64,000 nucleotides of DNA from Candidatus Margulisiibacteriota bacterium. Its GTDB lineage: Bacteria > Margulisbacteria > Marinamargulisbacteria > JBFWNS01. The stretch lies in the NCBI GenBank assembly GCA_050250935.1, contig JBFWNS010000008.1, forward strand, positions 1 through 64,000, read 5' to 3'. Positions 43,226 to 53,700 of the stretch are shown here, one piece after another. Made by a program: the position numbers and the translations under genes. The first letter of the stretch is position 1, and every line of letters begins with the position of its first letter. The notes beneath the pieces were generated by a model. It did no database searches. It was not told the origin of the DNA and was given only the letters and a program-made list of their open reading frames with translations.

Positions 43226-43854
43226 TGAACGTTGCTTTAGTAGGGCATCCCCTTCCATCTGAAGAGGATGCCCTGCACCGTCTTAAACCCTTGTTGCCGG
43301 TGTCTCGGTTGGCCCATTGCCAGAGAGTCGCGGATATGGCCGAACGCATTGCCCGAGCCCAAGGTGCGGACCTACCAAAAGCCAGAATGGCAGGGTTGGT
43401 GCACGATGCTGCAAAAGCCTTGAGTCCTGACGAGGCCCAACGTCTTGGTATTGCGATTCCTGACGCTGTGAATGCCCTTTACGAAGACTATCCGGCCACC
43501 TGGCATGCCTTTGCGGCCCCAGCTGTTTTGAGCTCTCAATTCGAGATTACAGACCCAGACATTTTGTCGGCCTGCGAATGGCATACCACAGGAAAAGCCG
43601 ACATGAGCCTTTTGGAAAAAGTGGTTTATGTGGCGGATTATTGCGAGGTTGGGCGGTCTTTTCCCCAAAGAGGTGCCATCGAAACCCTGGCCTTAACCCA
43701 GTTGGATCAGGCGGTGTTTGCCGTGTCCTGGTGTGTCCTAAAAGAATTGGCGAATCGGGTGGTTCGCATCCATCCTTCTTCCTTGGCTTGTTATAATTTT
43801 TATCTGGCATTATCGGGTAATGATGGTAAAATGATCGCTCAAAACCTGCCATGA
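43225..43854 (+). CDS. yqeK: HD-domain hydrolase YqeK (symmetrical Ap4A hydrolase)
   Basis: RLAHC, AGLVHDAAK, WHTTG, VYVADYCE; yqeK-LCP-rsfS synteny. Confidence 0.88.
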   Translation: MNVALVGHPLPSEEDALHRLKPLLPVSRLAHCQRVADMAERIARAQGADLPKARMAGLVHDAAKALSPDEAQRLGIAIPDAVNALYEDYPATWHAFAAPAVLSSQFEITDPDILSACEWHTTGKADMSLLEKVVYVADYCEVGRSFPQRGAIETLALTQLDQAVFAVSWCVLKELANRVVRIHPSSLACYNFYLALSGNDGKMIAQNLP

Positions 43855-45269
43855 ACCCTTTAAACGAACAGCCGCTAGTCAAAAAATTTAAAGAAGCCAT
43901 TCACCCAAGCCTGATCAAACAAACCGTTATTAAAACCTGCGTTGTTTTTTTGACCTTGATCCTGTTGAGTGTTTCGACCATCTATTGTTTCGGATTACTC
44001 TTCGGCAAGGCTGCGGTTGTTGAATTTATTTTGGCGGTAATGCCGAAAGAACGCCTCAATGGAGTCAATATTTTGGCCATGGGTATCGACGATACCGATG
44101 TGGTTCAGCGATCCGATACCATCATTGTCATGCACATCGATGACATCAAAAAAAGAATTGGCGTTTTGTCGATTCCAAGAGACACCCGAACCAATGTGCC
44201 CGGTGTTGGGCTCACCAAAATTAACCACGCCTATGCCTATGGCGGCGAAGAGTTGCTTCGAAAAACCGTGGCTTCCCTGTTAAACGTCCGCATCGACTAT
44301 TACATTCAACTTCGAACCAAGGGCGTCGAGCAGTTGGTGGATGCCTTGGGCGGTATCGATGTGAATGTGAATAAAAATCTGTATTACATCGACAAATCCG
44401 GGGGCTTGTATGTCGACCTCAAAAAAGGTCAGCAAGATTTAAATGGCAAACAAGCTGTGGAATATTTACGATTCCGCCACGACGAAGAAGGGGATTTGGG
44501 GCGCATTCACCGTCAGCAAGGGTTTTTGCAGTCTCTTGCCGAAAAAATGATCGATTCAAAAAACGTGGCGAATTTGCCGTCTGTCATTGGCAAAATGAAC
44601 GACAACATCAGTACGGATTTGAATGCCAGAAAAATTTTGGGGTTGGCCACTCAGTTTAAAGAGGCCTATGCATCGGGCAATATCGATGTCCAAACCATCC
44701 CCGGTGAACCCATTCTCATTAAAGGGGTCAGCTATTGGCAACCCGATATTACCCAAACGGATAAGCTGGTTCAGAATGTGTTGATGGGTTTTGATACCGA
44801 GAAAAACGAGGTTGTGGCCAAAGTTCAAACCGTCGACAAAGAAGCGAGCAAAGATGCCCGCCGCAAAGTCACCCTTAAAGAGGTGTCGCGGGTGGCCAAC
44901 CAATTTAACATGGAAGACCTCAATACCCTGCCCCTAACCACCGCAGGAAAGCCCATGACAGTAGAGGTCTTAAATGGTCTTGGTCGGTCCGGAGAAGCCC
45001 GTATGGCCGCCAATTTATTAAGGTCTTCGCATATTGTGATCAGTCGATACGCCAATTCCAAAAAATATGGCTATAAACGCACCCTGATTGTCGATTGGAA
45101 AGGCAATGTGGACAGCAGCATCGCCTTGGCCCAATATTTGGGGATAGAGCCTTCGAGAATCATTGTGTATCACCGGTCTGATAAACCCCTGGATGTGACC
45201 GTGGTCTTGGGCAACGATTGGCCCGAAATTAAACAAGAACTGGAAAAACGCAGCCGTGAGCAACGCTAA
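43851..45269 (+). CDS. LytR-CpsA-Psr (LCP) family protein with LytR_C domain
   Basis: RSDTII, LSIPRDT, KINHAYAYGG, LRFRH, GDLGRIHRQQ, VEVLNG, VTVVLGND. Confidence 0.92.
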   Translation: MNPLNEQPLVKKFKEAIHPSLIKQTVIKTCVVFLTLILLSVSTIYCFGLLFGKAAVVEFILAVMPKERLNGVNILAMGIDDTDVVQRSDTIIVMHIDDIKKRIGVLSIPRDTRTNVPGVGLTKINHAYAYGGEELLRKTVASLLNVRIDYYIQLRTKGVEQLVDALGGIDVNVNKNLYYIDKSGGLYVDLKKGQQDLNGKQAVEYLRFRHDEEGDLGRIHRQQGFLQSLAEKMIDSKNVANLPSVIGKMNDNISTDLNARKILGLATQFKEAYASGNIDVQTIPGEPILIKGVSYWQPDITQTDKLVQNVLMGFDTEKNEVVAKVQTVDKEASKDARRKVTLKEVSRVANQFNMEDLNTLPLTTAGKPMTVEVLNGLGRSGEARMAANLLRSSHIVISRYANSKKYGYKRTLIVDWKGNVDSSIALAQYLGIEPSRIIVYHRSDKPLDVTVVLGNDWPEIKQELEKRSREQR

Positions 45270-45600
45270 ACAAACCCTGGCCTCGGCCATTCTGACCCTT
45301 TGTGAAGATAAAAAGGGGGAACGCATTACCCTGTTCGATGTCTCTAAAACCTCGACCATGACGGATGCCCTGATTCTGACCGGCGTTAGCAACGACGTTT
45401 TGGGACGGGCTTTGCAAGAAGCCGTGTTGAAATTTTTAAAAGACAAGGGCGAGCTGGTTCGTGTGTCGGGTTCTCCAGAAAGCGGATGGTTGGTGGTGGA
45501 TGCTGGCGAAGTCGTTTTACACCTTGTAAGAAATGACATTCGCGATTATTATCAACTGGACCAATTGTTCTCGGCCAAAGCGGTGGTCTATCACCACTAG
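45256..45600 (+). CDS. rsfS: Ribosome silencing factor (Iojap)
   Basis: DKKGE, GWLVVDAGEVVLH, RDYYQL. Confidence 0.85.
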   Translation: MSNAKQTLASAILTLCEDKKGERITLFDVSKTSTMTDALILTGVSNDVLGRALQEAVLKFLKDKGELVRVSGSPESGWLVVDAGEVVLHLVRNDIRDYYQLDQLFSAKAVVYHH

Positions 45601-45614
45601 CCGATTTCGAACAT

Positions 45615-45690
<76 letters not shown>

Positions 45691-45738
45691 AATTTTAGTG
45701 CATTTACAAACCAGAATTCCTAATGCTAGCCTCCTACT

Positions 45739-46119
45739 ATGATTTTCCAGCGCCAATGCGAGAACGTGATCTATGAGCTTTTGAATGACGATATTGTGGT
45801 CGTCAGCCTGGTTTCTGGGAATTATTACAACATCAATCAATTTCCAGAAGCGCTTTGGCAAGCCTTGGAATCGCCGGTTTTGTTTGGCGATGTGGTTTCC
45901 TGTTTTCCCAATAGCGAAGCAGCCATTACAACAACCTTGAATCTCTTGATTGAAGAGGGGCTTTTGTTAAAAACCGAAGCTGCCCCAACAGCTTTGCCAG
46001 GCACGGTTTACCCCGAGCTGACGCCACAAGTTGAAAAGTTTTCGGACATTCAAAACCTGTTGCTGGTGGATCCCATCCATGAAATAGACGAAACCGGATG
46101 GCCAGCGATAGCCAACTAG
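45739..46119 (+). CDS. PqqD/RRE family protein with C-terminal LLLVDPIHEIDETGWP tail
   Basis: VVVSLVSGNYYNIN...LWQAL...LIEEGLL fits the PqqD pattern. Confidence 0.7.
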   Translation: MIFQRQCENVIYELLNDDIVVVSLVSGNYYNINQFPEALWQALESPVLFGDVVSCFPNSEAAITTTLNLLIEEGLLLKTEAAPTALPGTVYPELTPQVEKFSDIQNLLLVDPIHEIDETGWPAIAN

Positions 46120-47129
46120 CTCAGTTTTTTCAGAGCTGCCGCGAACAATTTTCAGCCAATACGCTGATCCATGTCCCAACCCGCATTGCCAAAACGGCTG
46201 TTCAACTGATCTATACACACCCGCTGTTACACGAAAAACTTCACCTGGCTTTAAGTCATTTGGGAACTACAAAACAGATCTGTGCGTGGCAGTTGTATTG
46301 TTGTGACAATGTCGTAAGCGACTTTAAAATTCCGCCACCGCCTTTCGAGATGAATCAGTTAAACGGCAATGGATTGTTGCTAAATCACCAGTCTTCGCGG
46401 TTTAAATTTCACTTTGATGTGCCCACACAAGCCTTAAGTCTGGTGGATTTAGAGCAAAAAAAAGCCCTGTATTGGGTCAAAGATGCCAGGGCCATTAAGT
46501 GGTGGCAGACGGGGTCTCCGTTTCAGGTGATTTTGAATGTTATTTTGCAACAAGAGCAGGCCCAACTAACCCATGCCGCCGCCGTGGCCACTGATGCCGG
46601 TGCGGTGCTACTGATCGGTAAAGGTGGGTCTGGTAAATCAACAACCACCCTAAATTGTATTCACAACGGGTTTGGCTTTGTGGGCGAGGATTATGTAGTG
46701 CTGACCCATGCCCCGCCCTATACCGTCTATTCCATTTACCAATCCTTCAAGCTAACCCCACAGACTTTGGCCCTGTTTCCCCATTTGGCGGCTTTCAGAG
46801 CCAATAGCCCAGCCTCGGATGAAAAAGGGTTGTATTTTATGTCCGACATTATGCGGGGTAATACCTGTCTAGCTGCGCCTTTAAAAGCCATTGTGCAATG
46901 CAAAGTAGAAGGCGAGTTGAATCAATTAAACCCAGCAACAGCTTCGGACATTTTGCCAGCCTTAAGTGTAGCGACCATGAAACAACTGATTTATACAGGC
47001 AAACCCACCATCGATTTTTTGGCTACTGTCGCAAAAGCCGCTCCTTGTTTTAAACTTTCATTGGCCTTGCCCCTGGCCGAGATTCCGACGTTAATCGAAA
47101 GCTGCCTATATACCCATGCCGAACCCTAA
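46098..47129 (+). CDS. HPr kinase-like P-loop kinase
   Basis: HAAAV...AVLLIGKGGSGKSTT...FVGEDYV. Confidence 0.75.
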   Translation: MASDSQLAQFFQSCREQFSANTLIHVPTRIAKTAVQLIYTHPLLHEKLHLALSHLGTTKQICAWQLYCCDNVVSDFKIPPPPFEMNQLNGNGLLLNHQSSRFKFHFDVPTQALSLVDLEQKKALYWVKDARAIKWWQTGSPFQVILNVILQQEQAQLTHAAAVATDAGAVLLIGKGGSGKSTTTLNCIHNGFGFVGEDYVVLTHAPPYTVYSIYQSFKLTPQTLALFPHLAAFRANSPASDEKGLYFMSDIMRGNTCLAAPLKAIVQCKVEGELNQLNPATASDILPALSVATMKQLIYTGKPTIDFLATVAKAAPCFKLSLALPLAEIPTLIESCLYTHAEP

Positions 47130-48240
47130 ACCGTTAAAGAAAATTTTGTTTTGGAGCGATGGGTTCCATCCCCGCATCGGCGGTATTGAAACCCTAAGCT
47201 TTGACTATGCCCAAGCGTTGATCGCTCGGGGGTGCCAGGTGGCCATCATTACGGGGAAAGACAAGTCAGATTGGCCGGATGAAGAGGTCTACCAAGGGAT
47301 TCAGATTTACCGCCTGCCGTTTACGGCATTAATTGATGGTCGCCAGCTGGGCAGCTTGAAAGTGATTAAAGACAAAGTGGCTCAAGTATTAGCCGAATTC
47401 AACCCAGATGTGATTCATTTGCAAGATGTCTTTACCCGAGCAGGGATTGTCTTTCAAATGATTCGGCCGATGGTGCCTCAGCCCAAGGTGTTAACCTTTC
47501 ATGGCGCGGCCAAGTGGGTCCCGCCAACCCCCAATAGCTTATTGGAACGGACTTTAAACGGGGTGTCCCATGTGGTTTATATTTCGAATTTCGTAAAAGG
47601 CATTATTCAAGACACCATTGCAGGGTTTAAGATTCCCTACACCGTGCTTTTAAATGCGGTTCGTTTTCCAAAAGACTTTCCAAAAGTGGAACAAAAAAAC
47701 GGATTTCAAGTCCGGTTTATTGGCCGGTATAACGAAGAAAAGGGTTTGCCCATTGCCCTAAAATCGTTTGAATTATTTGCAGAAAAACACCCCGAGGCAA
47801 CCCTAACCTTTATTGGCGAGGGTCTCCTTAAAAAAAGCCTTCAAATGGCCATTGCCAACAGCCCGGTCCGATCGCAAATCCAAGACCTCGGCAAAATGAC
47901 CCATGACGAGATATTGCCCTATTATGCCACGGCCGATTGTGTTGTGATGCCCTCGCAATCCGAGTGGTTTGGGTTGGTGGCCCTCCATGCGGCCCATGCC
48001 GGGGTTCCGGTATTGGCCAATAACGAAGGCGGTCTTTGCGAGATTGTTGTCCACCAGAAAACGGGGTACCTGCTGCCGACAAACGATTACCAAGCGTTTG
48101 CAAATGCGATGGCAGATTTGTATGCCAACCCCAAAACGCGCAAAGCCATGGGGGAGGCCGCAAAAGCCCATGTTCAAGGTCACTTTGATTTAGAAAGGAC
48201 AGTCGATAGACTGCTAAAAATTTATGACTCAGTCTGTTAA
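47116..48240 (+). CDS. Glycosyltransferase family 4
   Basis: IGGIE, FIGRYNEEKG, PSQSEWFGLVALHAA. Confidence 0.88.
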   Translation: MPNPKPLKKILFWSDGFHPRIGGIETLSFDYAQALIARGCQVAIITGKDKSDWPDEEVYQGIQIYRLPFTALIDGRQLGSLKVIKDKVAQVLAEFNPDVIHLQDVFTRAGIVFQMIRPMVPQPKVLTFHGAAKWVPPTPNSLLERTLNGVSHVVYISNFVKGIIQDTIAGFKIPYTVLLNAVRFPKDFPKVEQKNGFQVRFIGRYNEEKGLPIALKSFELFAEKHPEATLTFIGEGLLKKSLQMAIANSPVRSQIQDLGKMTHDEILPYYATADCVVMPSQSEWFGLVALHAAHAGVPVLANNEGGLCEIVVHQKTGYLLPTNDYQAFANAMADLYANPKTRKAMGEAAKAHVQGHFDLERTVDRLLKIYDSVC

Positions 48241-48940
48241 GAACCAAGTTCCTGTGGCTGTGATTATGCCGGTTTATAATGGGGAAACTTACATTGAAGA
48301 AGCCCTAAATTCGATTCTGAATCAAACCGTTTATCCGGCTGAAATTTGGGTTGTGGACGATGGTTCTACAGATGCCGGCATTGCCAAGGCTCGAACCTTT
48401 GCTAAAAAATTACCTATCCCGCTAACCGTCTTAACCCACGAAACCAATCAGGGGCTTCCCGCGGCGCTCAATACTGGCATCCGCGCAAGCAGTGCTTCTT
48501 TATATATGTTCTTGGACGCGGACGATCTGTTCGAGTCCGAGGCGGTTCAGCGCCTTTATGAGGGCTTCATCCAAAACCAGGCTCCTGTTGTGATGGGTGT
48601 CGTTCGGCAATTTGTGTGTTCATTAACACAGAAAAAATTCAACCTAACCCATAACCATGTGGTGGGTGGGGGCTTGGGGTGTATGCTGATTACCAAACAA
48701 GCCTTTGAGCAGGTTGGTTTTTTTGAAGAAGATTTAAAATTTGGGGCTAGTTTGGCCTGGATTTCAAAGGCAAAAAAGCAAGGTCTAAATATACAAGAGA
48801 CGCCTAGCCTCATTTTAAACCGACGCCTCCACGATCATAATATGAGTCATTTAAAAGAGGGCAGGGCCTATTTTCTAGAAATTGCCAAACGCAATATTGC
48901 CAGACACCAGGAGGCTAAAAAACAAGGTGCTAATCCATGA
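48224..48940 (+). CDS. Glycosyltransferase family 2
   Basis: VIMPVYNGE, VVDDGSTD, FLDADD. Confidence 0.9.
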   Translation: MTQSVKNQVPVAVIMPVYNGETYIEEALNSILNQTVYPAEIWVVDDGSTDAGIAKARTFAKKLPIPLTVLTHETNQGLPAALNTGIRASSASLYMFLDADDLFESEAVQRLYEGFIQNQAPVVMGVVRQFVCSLTQKKFNLTHNHVVGGGLGCMLITKQAFEQVGFFEEDLKFGASLAWISKAKKQGLNIQETPSLILNRRLHDHNMSHLKEGRAYFLEIAKRNIARHQEAKKQGANP

Positions 48941-48958
48941 CACAACAGCAGGTGGTCT

Positions 48959-49978
48959 ATGTGGCCAAATAAACACCAAATCGAGCTATTAAAAGCAGGG
49001 CTCTTTCCCCCTGAAGTTGCGGTTGGTCATTGGCAAAACTGGGAAGCGGTCTACCAAAATCGCTATGAAACCATCGATCATGCCAGCGCAGGGTTAATCC
49101 CATTGGCGTTACGCAATACCGAAAAACAATTGCCCCAAACCCCGTTTGTAAAACGGTGTAAGGGGGTTTATCGACAAACCTGGACCCATAACCAATTGTT
49201 GTGGTTGGGCATTCAGCCGGTGATTGCTTTTTTGGAGAAAAGTAACATCCCCTATGCCTTCCTGAAGGGCATGTACATGATTCGGGAAGAATACCAAGAC
49301 TTTGGGTGCCGCAGGCTTGGTGATGTGGATATTTTGATTTCAAAAGCTCATTTCGATTTTACGGTTTTGCAACTCAAACGCCTGGGTTTTGAATCGGAAG
49401 ATTCCCACAAGGTCATGCAAGGATCCCGCCATGCGGCTTTATTAAAAAACAAGGCCAATCTAAACCTGGACCTTCATGTCAGGCTCTTTAATCAACTGCC
49501 AATCGAGGTGGGTCCTGGTGCCCTAACCCCAGAAATGCGTTTGTTTCATACCATTGTCCATGGCCTTAAGCCAAGCCGGGTTTCGGGGATACGTTGGATT
49601 GCCGATGCGGTAACCCTAATCAGCCATCACCCCATCGATTGGGACGCGTTGTGTCATACCGCCATTCAGGCCAAAGCGGCCTATCAACTGTACAAAGGCC
49701 TTGCTTTTTTAAAAACAGATTTTTTTGCGCCTGTTCCTCAAACCACCTTAGCCCAATTGCTGGCGGCCACCCACCGTTTGGAAAAAGTGGAATACCTGTT
49801 GTGGGTACTGTTTCAACCCTTGGGCACAGGCGTTGTGGCGGGTTGGATTCGGGATCGGTTGAATGATCCAGAGGCCAAGCGGTCGTTTAGGCAATATATG
49901 CATCAGGTTCGGGGGATCCGTATTCGACAAGTGATTAGGGGACGTAGCCAAGGGGACAGAGGAAAAGTTGTTAAATAA
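48959..49978 (+). CDS. Nucleotidyltransferase family protein (NTP_transf_5-like)
   Basis: LKG, RRLGDVDILI, LDLH, HTIVHG, RWIAD; 3' end runs into the left inverted repeat of the transposase element. Confidence 0.75.
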   Translation: MWPNKHQIELLKAGLFPPEVAVGHWQNWEAVYQNRYETIDHASAGLIPLALRNTEKQLPQTPFVKRCKGVYRQTWTHNQLLWLGIQPVIAFLEKSNIPYAFLKGMYMIREEYQDFGCRRLGDVDILISKAHFDFTVLQLKRLGFESEDSHKVMQGSRHAALLKNKANLNLDLHVRLFNQLPIEVGPGALTPEMRLFHTIVHGLKPSRVSGIRWIADAVTLISHHPIDWDALCHTAIQAKAAYQLYKGLAFLKTDFFAPVPQTTLAQLLAATHRLEKVEYLLWVLFQPLGTGVVAGWIRDRLNDPEAKRSFRQYMHQVRGIRIRQVIRGRSQGDRGKVVK

Positions 49979-50687
49979 TAAAATAACTATTTATTTTATT
50001 TTCTTACTAACGTAATATTGAAAAATGCCTAGGAGCGCAAGACTTGCAATAGCGGGAGGATGGTACCATGTAATGAATCGTGGAATTGCCAGGCGCCATC
50101 TTTTTTTATCCAGAAAACACAAGCAGCTCTTTCTGGAATTACTGGGCATTATTGTTGAAAAATTTCAGGTTGAAGTTCATGCATTTTGCCTGATGGGCAC
50201 CCACTATCACCTCCTTATTTACACAAAAAATAATACAATCAGCAAAGCTATCCAATACCTCAATTCAAATTTTGCCCGTGCGGTGAACAAAGACAGAAAA
50301 AGAGACGGGTTTGTATTCAAAGGTCGATTTAAATCGATACTGATTAATAACGAAAAATACCGCCTCAACGTCTGCCGATATATCCATTTAAATCCCGTGG
50401 AAGCCGGACTGGTTAAAAACGGATACGACTTTGAATGGTCGAGTTGTCAAGATTATTTGACGCCAATCCCCCGATTCTCTTGGCTAAGTCGTTACTTATG
50501 GCAAGAAAACCCATCGGACTTCCAAATTTATTTAAACAAGGGAATTCCAAAAAAAATTCTCGAAATTTACGCTCAAAACAAACTTCCTAACCAACTCGGC
50601 TAAACTCGAATAGCTAAGTCCAAAAATTCAGGCTCAAAATACAAAACTTGTCCCTCATTTTCCTCTGTCCCCTTGGCTACGTCCCCT
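49937..50687. mobile_element. Y1 (HUH) transposase element bounded by perfect 30-bp inverted repeats
   Basis: AGGGGACGTAGCCAAGGGGACAGAGGAAAA at 49937-49966 and its exact reverse complement at 50658-50687. Confidence 0.85.
50025..50603 (+). CDS. REP-associated-type tyrosine transposase (Y1_Tnp)
   Basis: YHVMNRG, FCLMGTHYHLL (HUH), FKGRFKS, RYIHLNPVEAG, WSS; AT-richer than its flanks. Confidence 0.9.
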   Translation: MPRSARLAIAGGWYHVMNRGIARRHLFLSRKHKQLFLELLGIIVEKFQVEVHAFCLMGTHYHLLIYTKNNTISKAIQYLNSNFARAVNKDRKRDGFVFKGRFKSILINNEKYRLNVCRYIHLNPVEAGLVKNGYDFEWSSCQDYLTPIPRFSWLSRYLWQENPSDFQIYLNKGIPKKILEIYAQNKLPNQLG

Positions 50688-50712
50688 TGTTCACCTTGTT
50701 CAATAATTGGGT

Positions 50713-53700
50713 TTACCGACGTTCGACCCAACCCCATGCTTCTTCTCGTCCACCGTCGCCTGGATAGACATAGCCGGTCACTCCCCAATAATATTGTCTT
50801 CCTGAATGATCGCAAAGGTTTCGATCTAATCCCTCCCGATCGAAGCCTCTCGAATTAAATCCGCTTGTATCGTATCCCTCCCGATCAACCCCGTCCTTAT
50901 CGAAACCATCAGGGTTATATCTAGTTCTCGTTTCAAAATGGATTCCAGCTTTATTAAACCCATTTCGGTTGTAGCCCCTTCGATTATATCGATTGTCGTC
51001 ATATCCGGCTCGGTTATATCCCCAACGATCATATCCCCTCGCATCTAATCCAGTTAGGTCATATCCCCAACGGTTATACCCATCAATATGAAATCCATCT
51101 CTGTTATATCCTGCACGGTTGTACCCATTCCAACTGTAAGCTAAAGGGCTGTGACTACAAAAAATGTCTAAGTATTCACGAGAACGTCCGTGCCTATCGC
51201 GTCCGTTTCGATTAAACCCTTCTTTATCGTACCCCAAATAACTATAGCCATCTTTATTAAACCCGTTTCTGTCCAGTCCCATGAGATTAAATCCGCTAGT
51301 TCGATGGAATCCCTGGCTATCTAACCCATCCAAATCATATCCAGTTCGATCAAATCCTTCTCGGTTGCGGCCGCTTCTATTATAGCCGTCTTTATCAAGC
51401 CCCTCTTTGTTGTAGCCATCTCTATTAAATCCCTCAGGATTATATTGGGTGTGTGTATCTCGATGAAACCCATCCCGATTAAATCCGCTTAATCGTGAGT
51501 ACCCGTTGTGATCATATGTCGTTGCAAGTTCAAATGCCCTTTTATGCGCTTGCGGATTGGTTTGGGACGCAACAAGAGAAACTGTCTTAAGAATAGGATG
51601 AGCACGATGGGGCCAAAGTTTTATAAAGTAAGTGACGCTGTCCAATTCGCACACAAGAAGTTCAGCACAGATCGCATCGATAAATGCGCGCCTTTGGCCG
51701 GACATTAATATCGACAAAAACGAGGGAAGCACCGGTAAAACATGCAGTGGGCCTAGGGGAACCTTACGGCGTACGATCTCTTCCACAGCATCATCGACCG
51801 GAAGCCATTGATCTAGCGAACATCCGTAACAAATGGCGCGAAAAACCGCAAAAGCAGAATTTGTGGGACCCTTTTGCATGTTAAAGGCAATTAAGGTGCT
51901 GCTGTTATGGGCAATGGTTTCAAATAGTAACGCTGCAAAGCGTCGGCTGTGGGAATCGGGGAAATGGCGTGCCCAGCTGGCCCAAGGCTCATCAACCTTC
52001 AAGGGTTCATTTCCGATTTGTTGGGGGAATTTTGCCTTGCCTAACCGCTCCGGAGGATACCAAAATGTCGCGAATTTAAGACGCATTACCTCACGTAAGA
52101 TGGCCAGAGGAACTGTTTCTTTGATTTGGAACAACCGGCGGGTCAACTGAATTTGAACCAATTCGGCCCAAGATGCATCCGGAATCTCTTGCGAAAGATC
52201 TGAACACTCACTTACAAATTGCTTAGCGTGCTGATTAGATCCAAACCATTCAAGTGCTTTGGTCATCGTATCTAAGAATTCGAGCGGAGTGGCACCGCGT
52301 ATGTTGAGCGCTTTACGTGACGCATCTGATTTCTCTAATACAGTAGCAAGTACACCACAAGCGAGCCTTGGAGGAGAAAGCTTTGGGGTATCAACCCTTG
52401 AAGCAGTGGGGCTACTGTCTTTTTCGGTCATCTGTGCCAACAACCGCGTAGACCCATCGCGATCCCATGCCCGATAAAAATACGCAGAAAACTCAGGCGA
52501 TAGCCCCACCTGGTGCTGAATCAAAAAGTCGGCCATGCTTTCCATCGTATCCGTCGTTGGGGCAGCTGAATCCATGGACCGAAGCACAACTAAATCCAAA
52601 AGATTGAGCCCATCGTCAAATCCTGCCGTAGGTGATATTTTTCCCTCGGTTAAGCACCTAGCTGCGTGTTCAACATCGCCATTGACCAACAATTGAAAAA
52701 AACCTTTTAGCGCTTCTGAACTCGTCGGCGGTACTTCGCCCTTAACCAGAGAATCGGTATAGGTTTGGGCTACCTCAGCATGTGGGTGTTCCGTATCCGG
52801 GACAAGTTTGATGGTAACAAAATCGATTGGACGGCTCCATCCACCCTGGTGAATTAAAAATTGGATCATCTGTGCAATCTCTCCACATTGCGGACGGAAC
52901 TCATGCGACAGAATGGGGATTTGTAGCAACAGGTTTAGTAACATCTTGGGAAGCGAAGTCCCTTTCATTCTTTCACCAAAGAGCGGGATGATGCGTCTTG
53001 CTTGACCCAGAATGACCAGCCAGTCAACAGATTCGGCGGCTGCTTTGTCGAAGTGTAGCAACGCATATTTTTCAATCACCATGTGGGAAATCATGTAATC
53101 AGACGAGGTGTCGTTTTTAATCAAGACTTCTAGGATTGCATGCCGTTCTTCACCAGATAAAAATGCGTCAAAATCCCTTGAGTCAAAAAAGGTTCTGCAC
53201 CAAGCCTGAAACTTTTCGTCTTTGAGTATCAAGGGACCGTATACCTGAAGGGTTTGAACAACAGCGTTAACCAACCCTTTATCCGGAGAAGTATATTCTG
53301 CAGAGTATTCCGCGAAAGGAGAAGGGACTAATACTTCCAATTGCCGAATGGCCTTTTCGACAAGGCGATCTTTTTCGCCCGCCATGAGTTCGAGCCACCT
53401 TGTACGAAAAGCTGCTGCTTGAGGATGATTATGACGCAACAGGGTGTAGCAACTACGTTCAAAACTTTCCATCCCAATTGAAAGAACACGACTACCATGG
53501 AATCCCATTAAGTCCGTGAGGCGGTTAAGTGCCAGGGTCAGTCGATCATCTCCATGTTGCCCCGAGATTTCCCAAGGAAGGTTTTCTTCTAAATCGCGGA
53601 TATAAACTTCGGTCAATTGACTGTCATCGCCTTCTAAACAAATGTCCAAGAAACGAGACTGATAATGGGCATGGTCTGCAATCGAAAACATGCCGACTGT

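Noticed and set aside
45739..49978. Complete lasso-peptide or PQQ biosynthesis cluster
   Set aside because: No asparagine-synthetase-like cyclase, leader peptidase, pqqB/C/E or separate precursor in the window
50713..51520. Diversity-generating retroelement variable region in the Asn/Asp-rich tail
   Set aside because: No reverse transcriptase, and no template/variable repeat pair differing at adenines was seen
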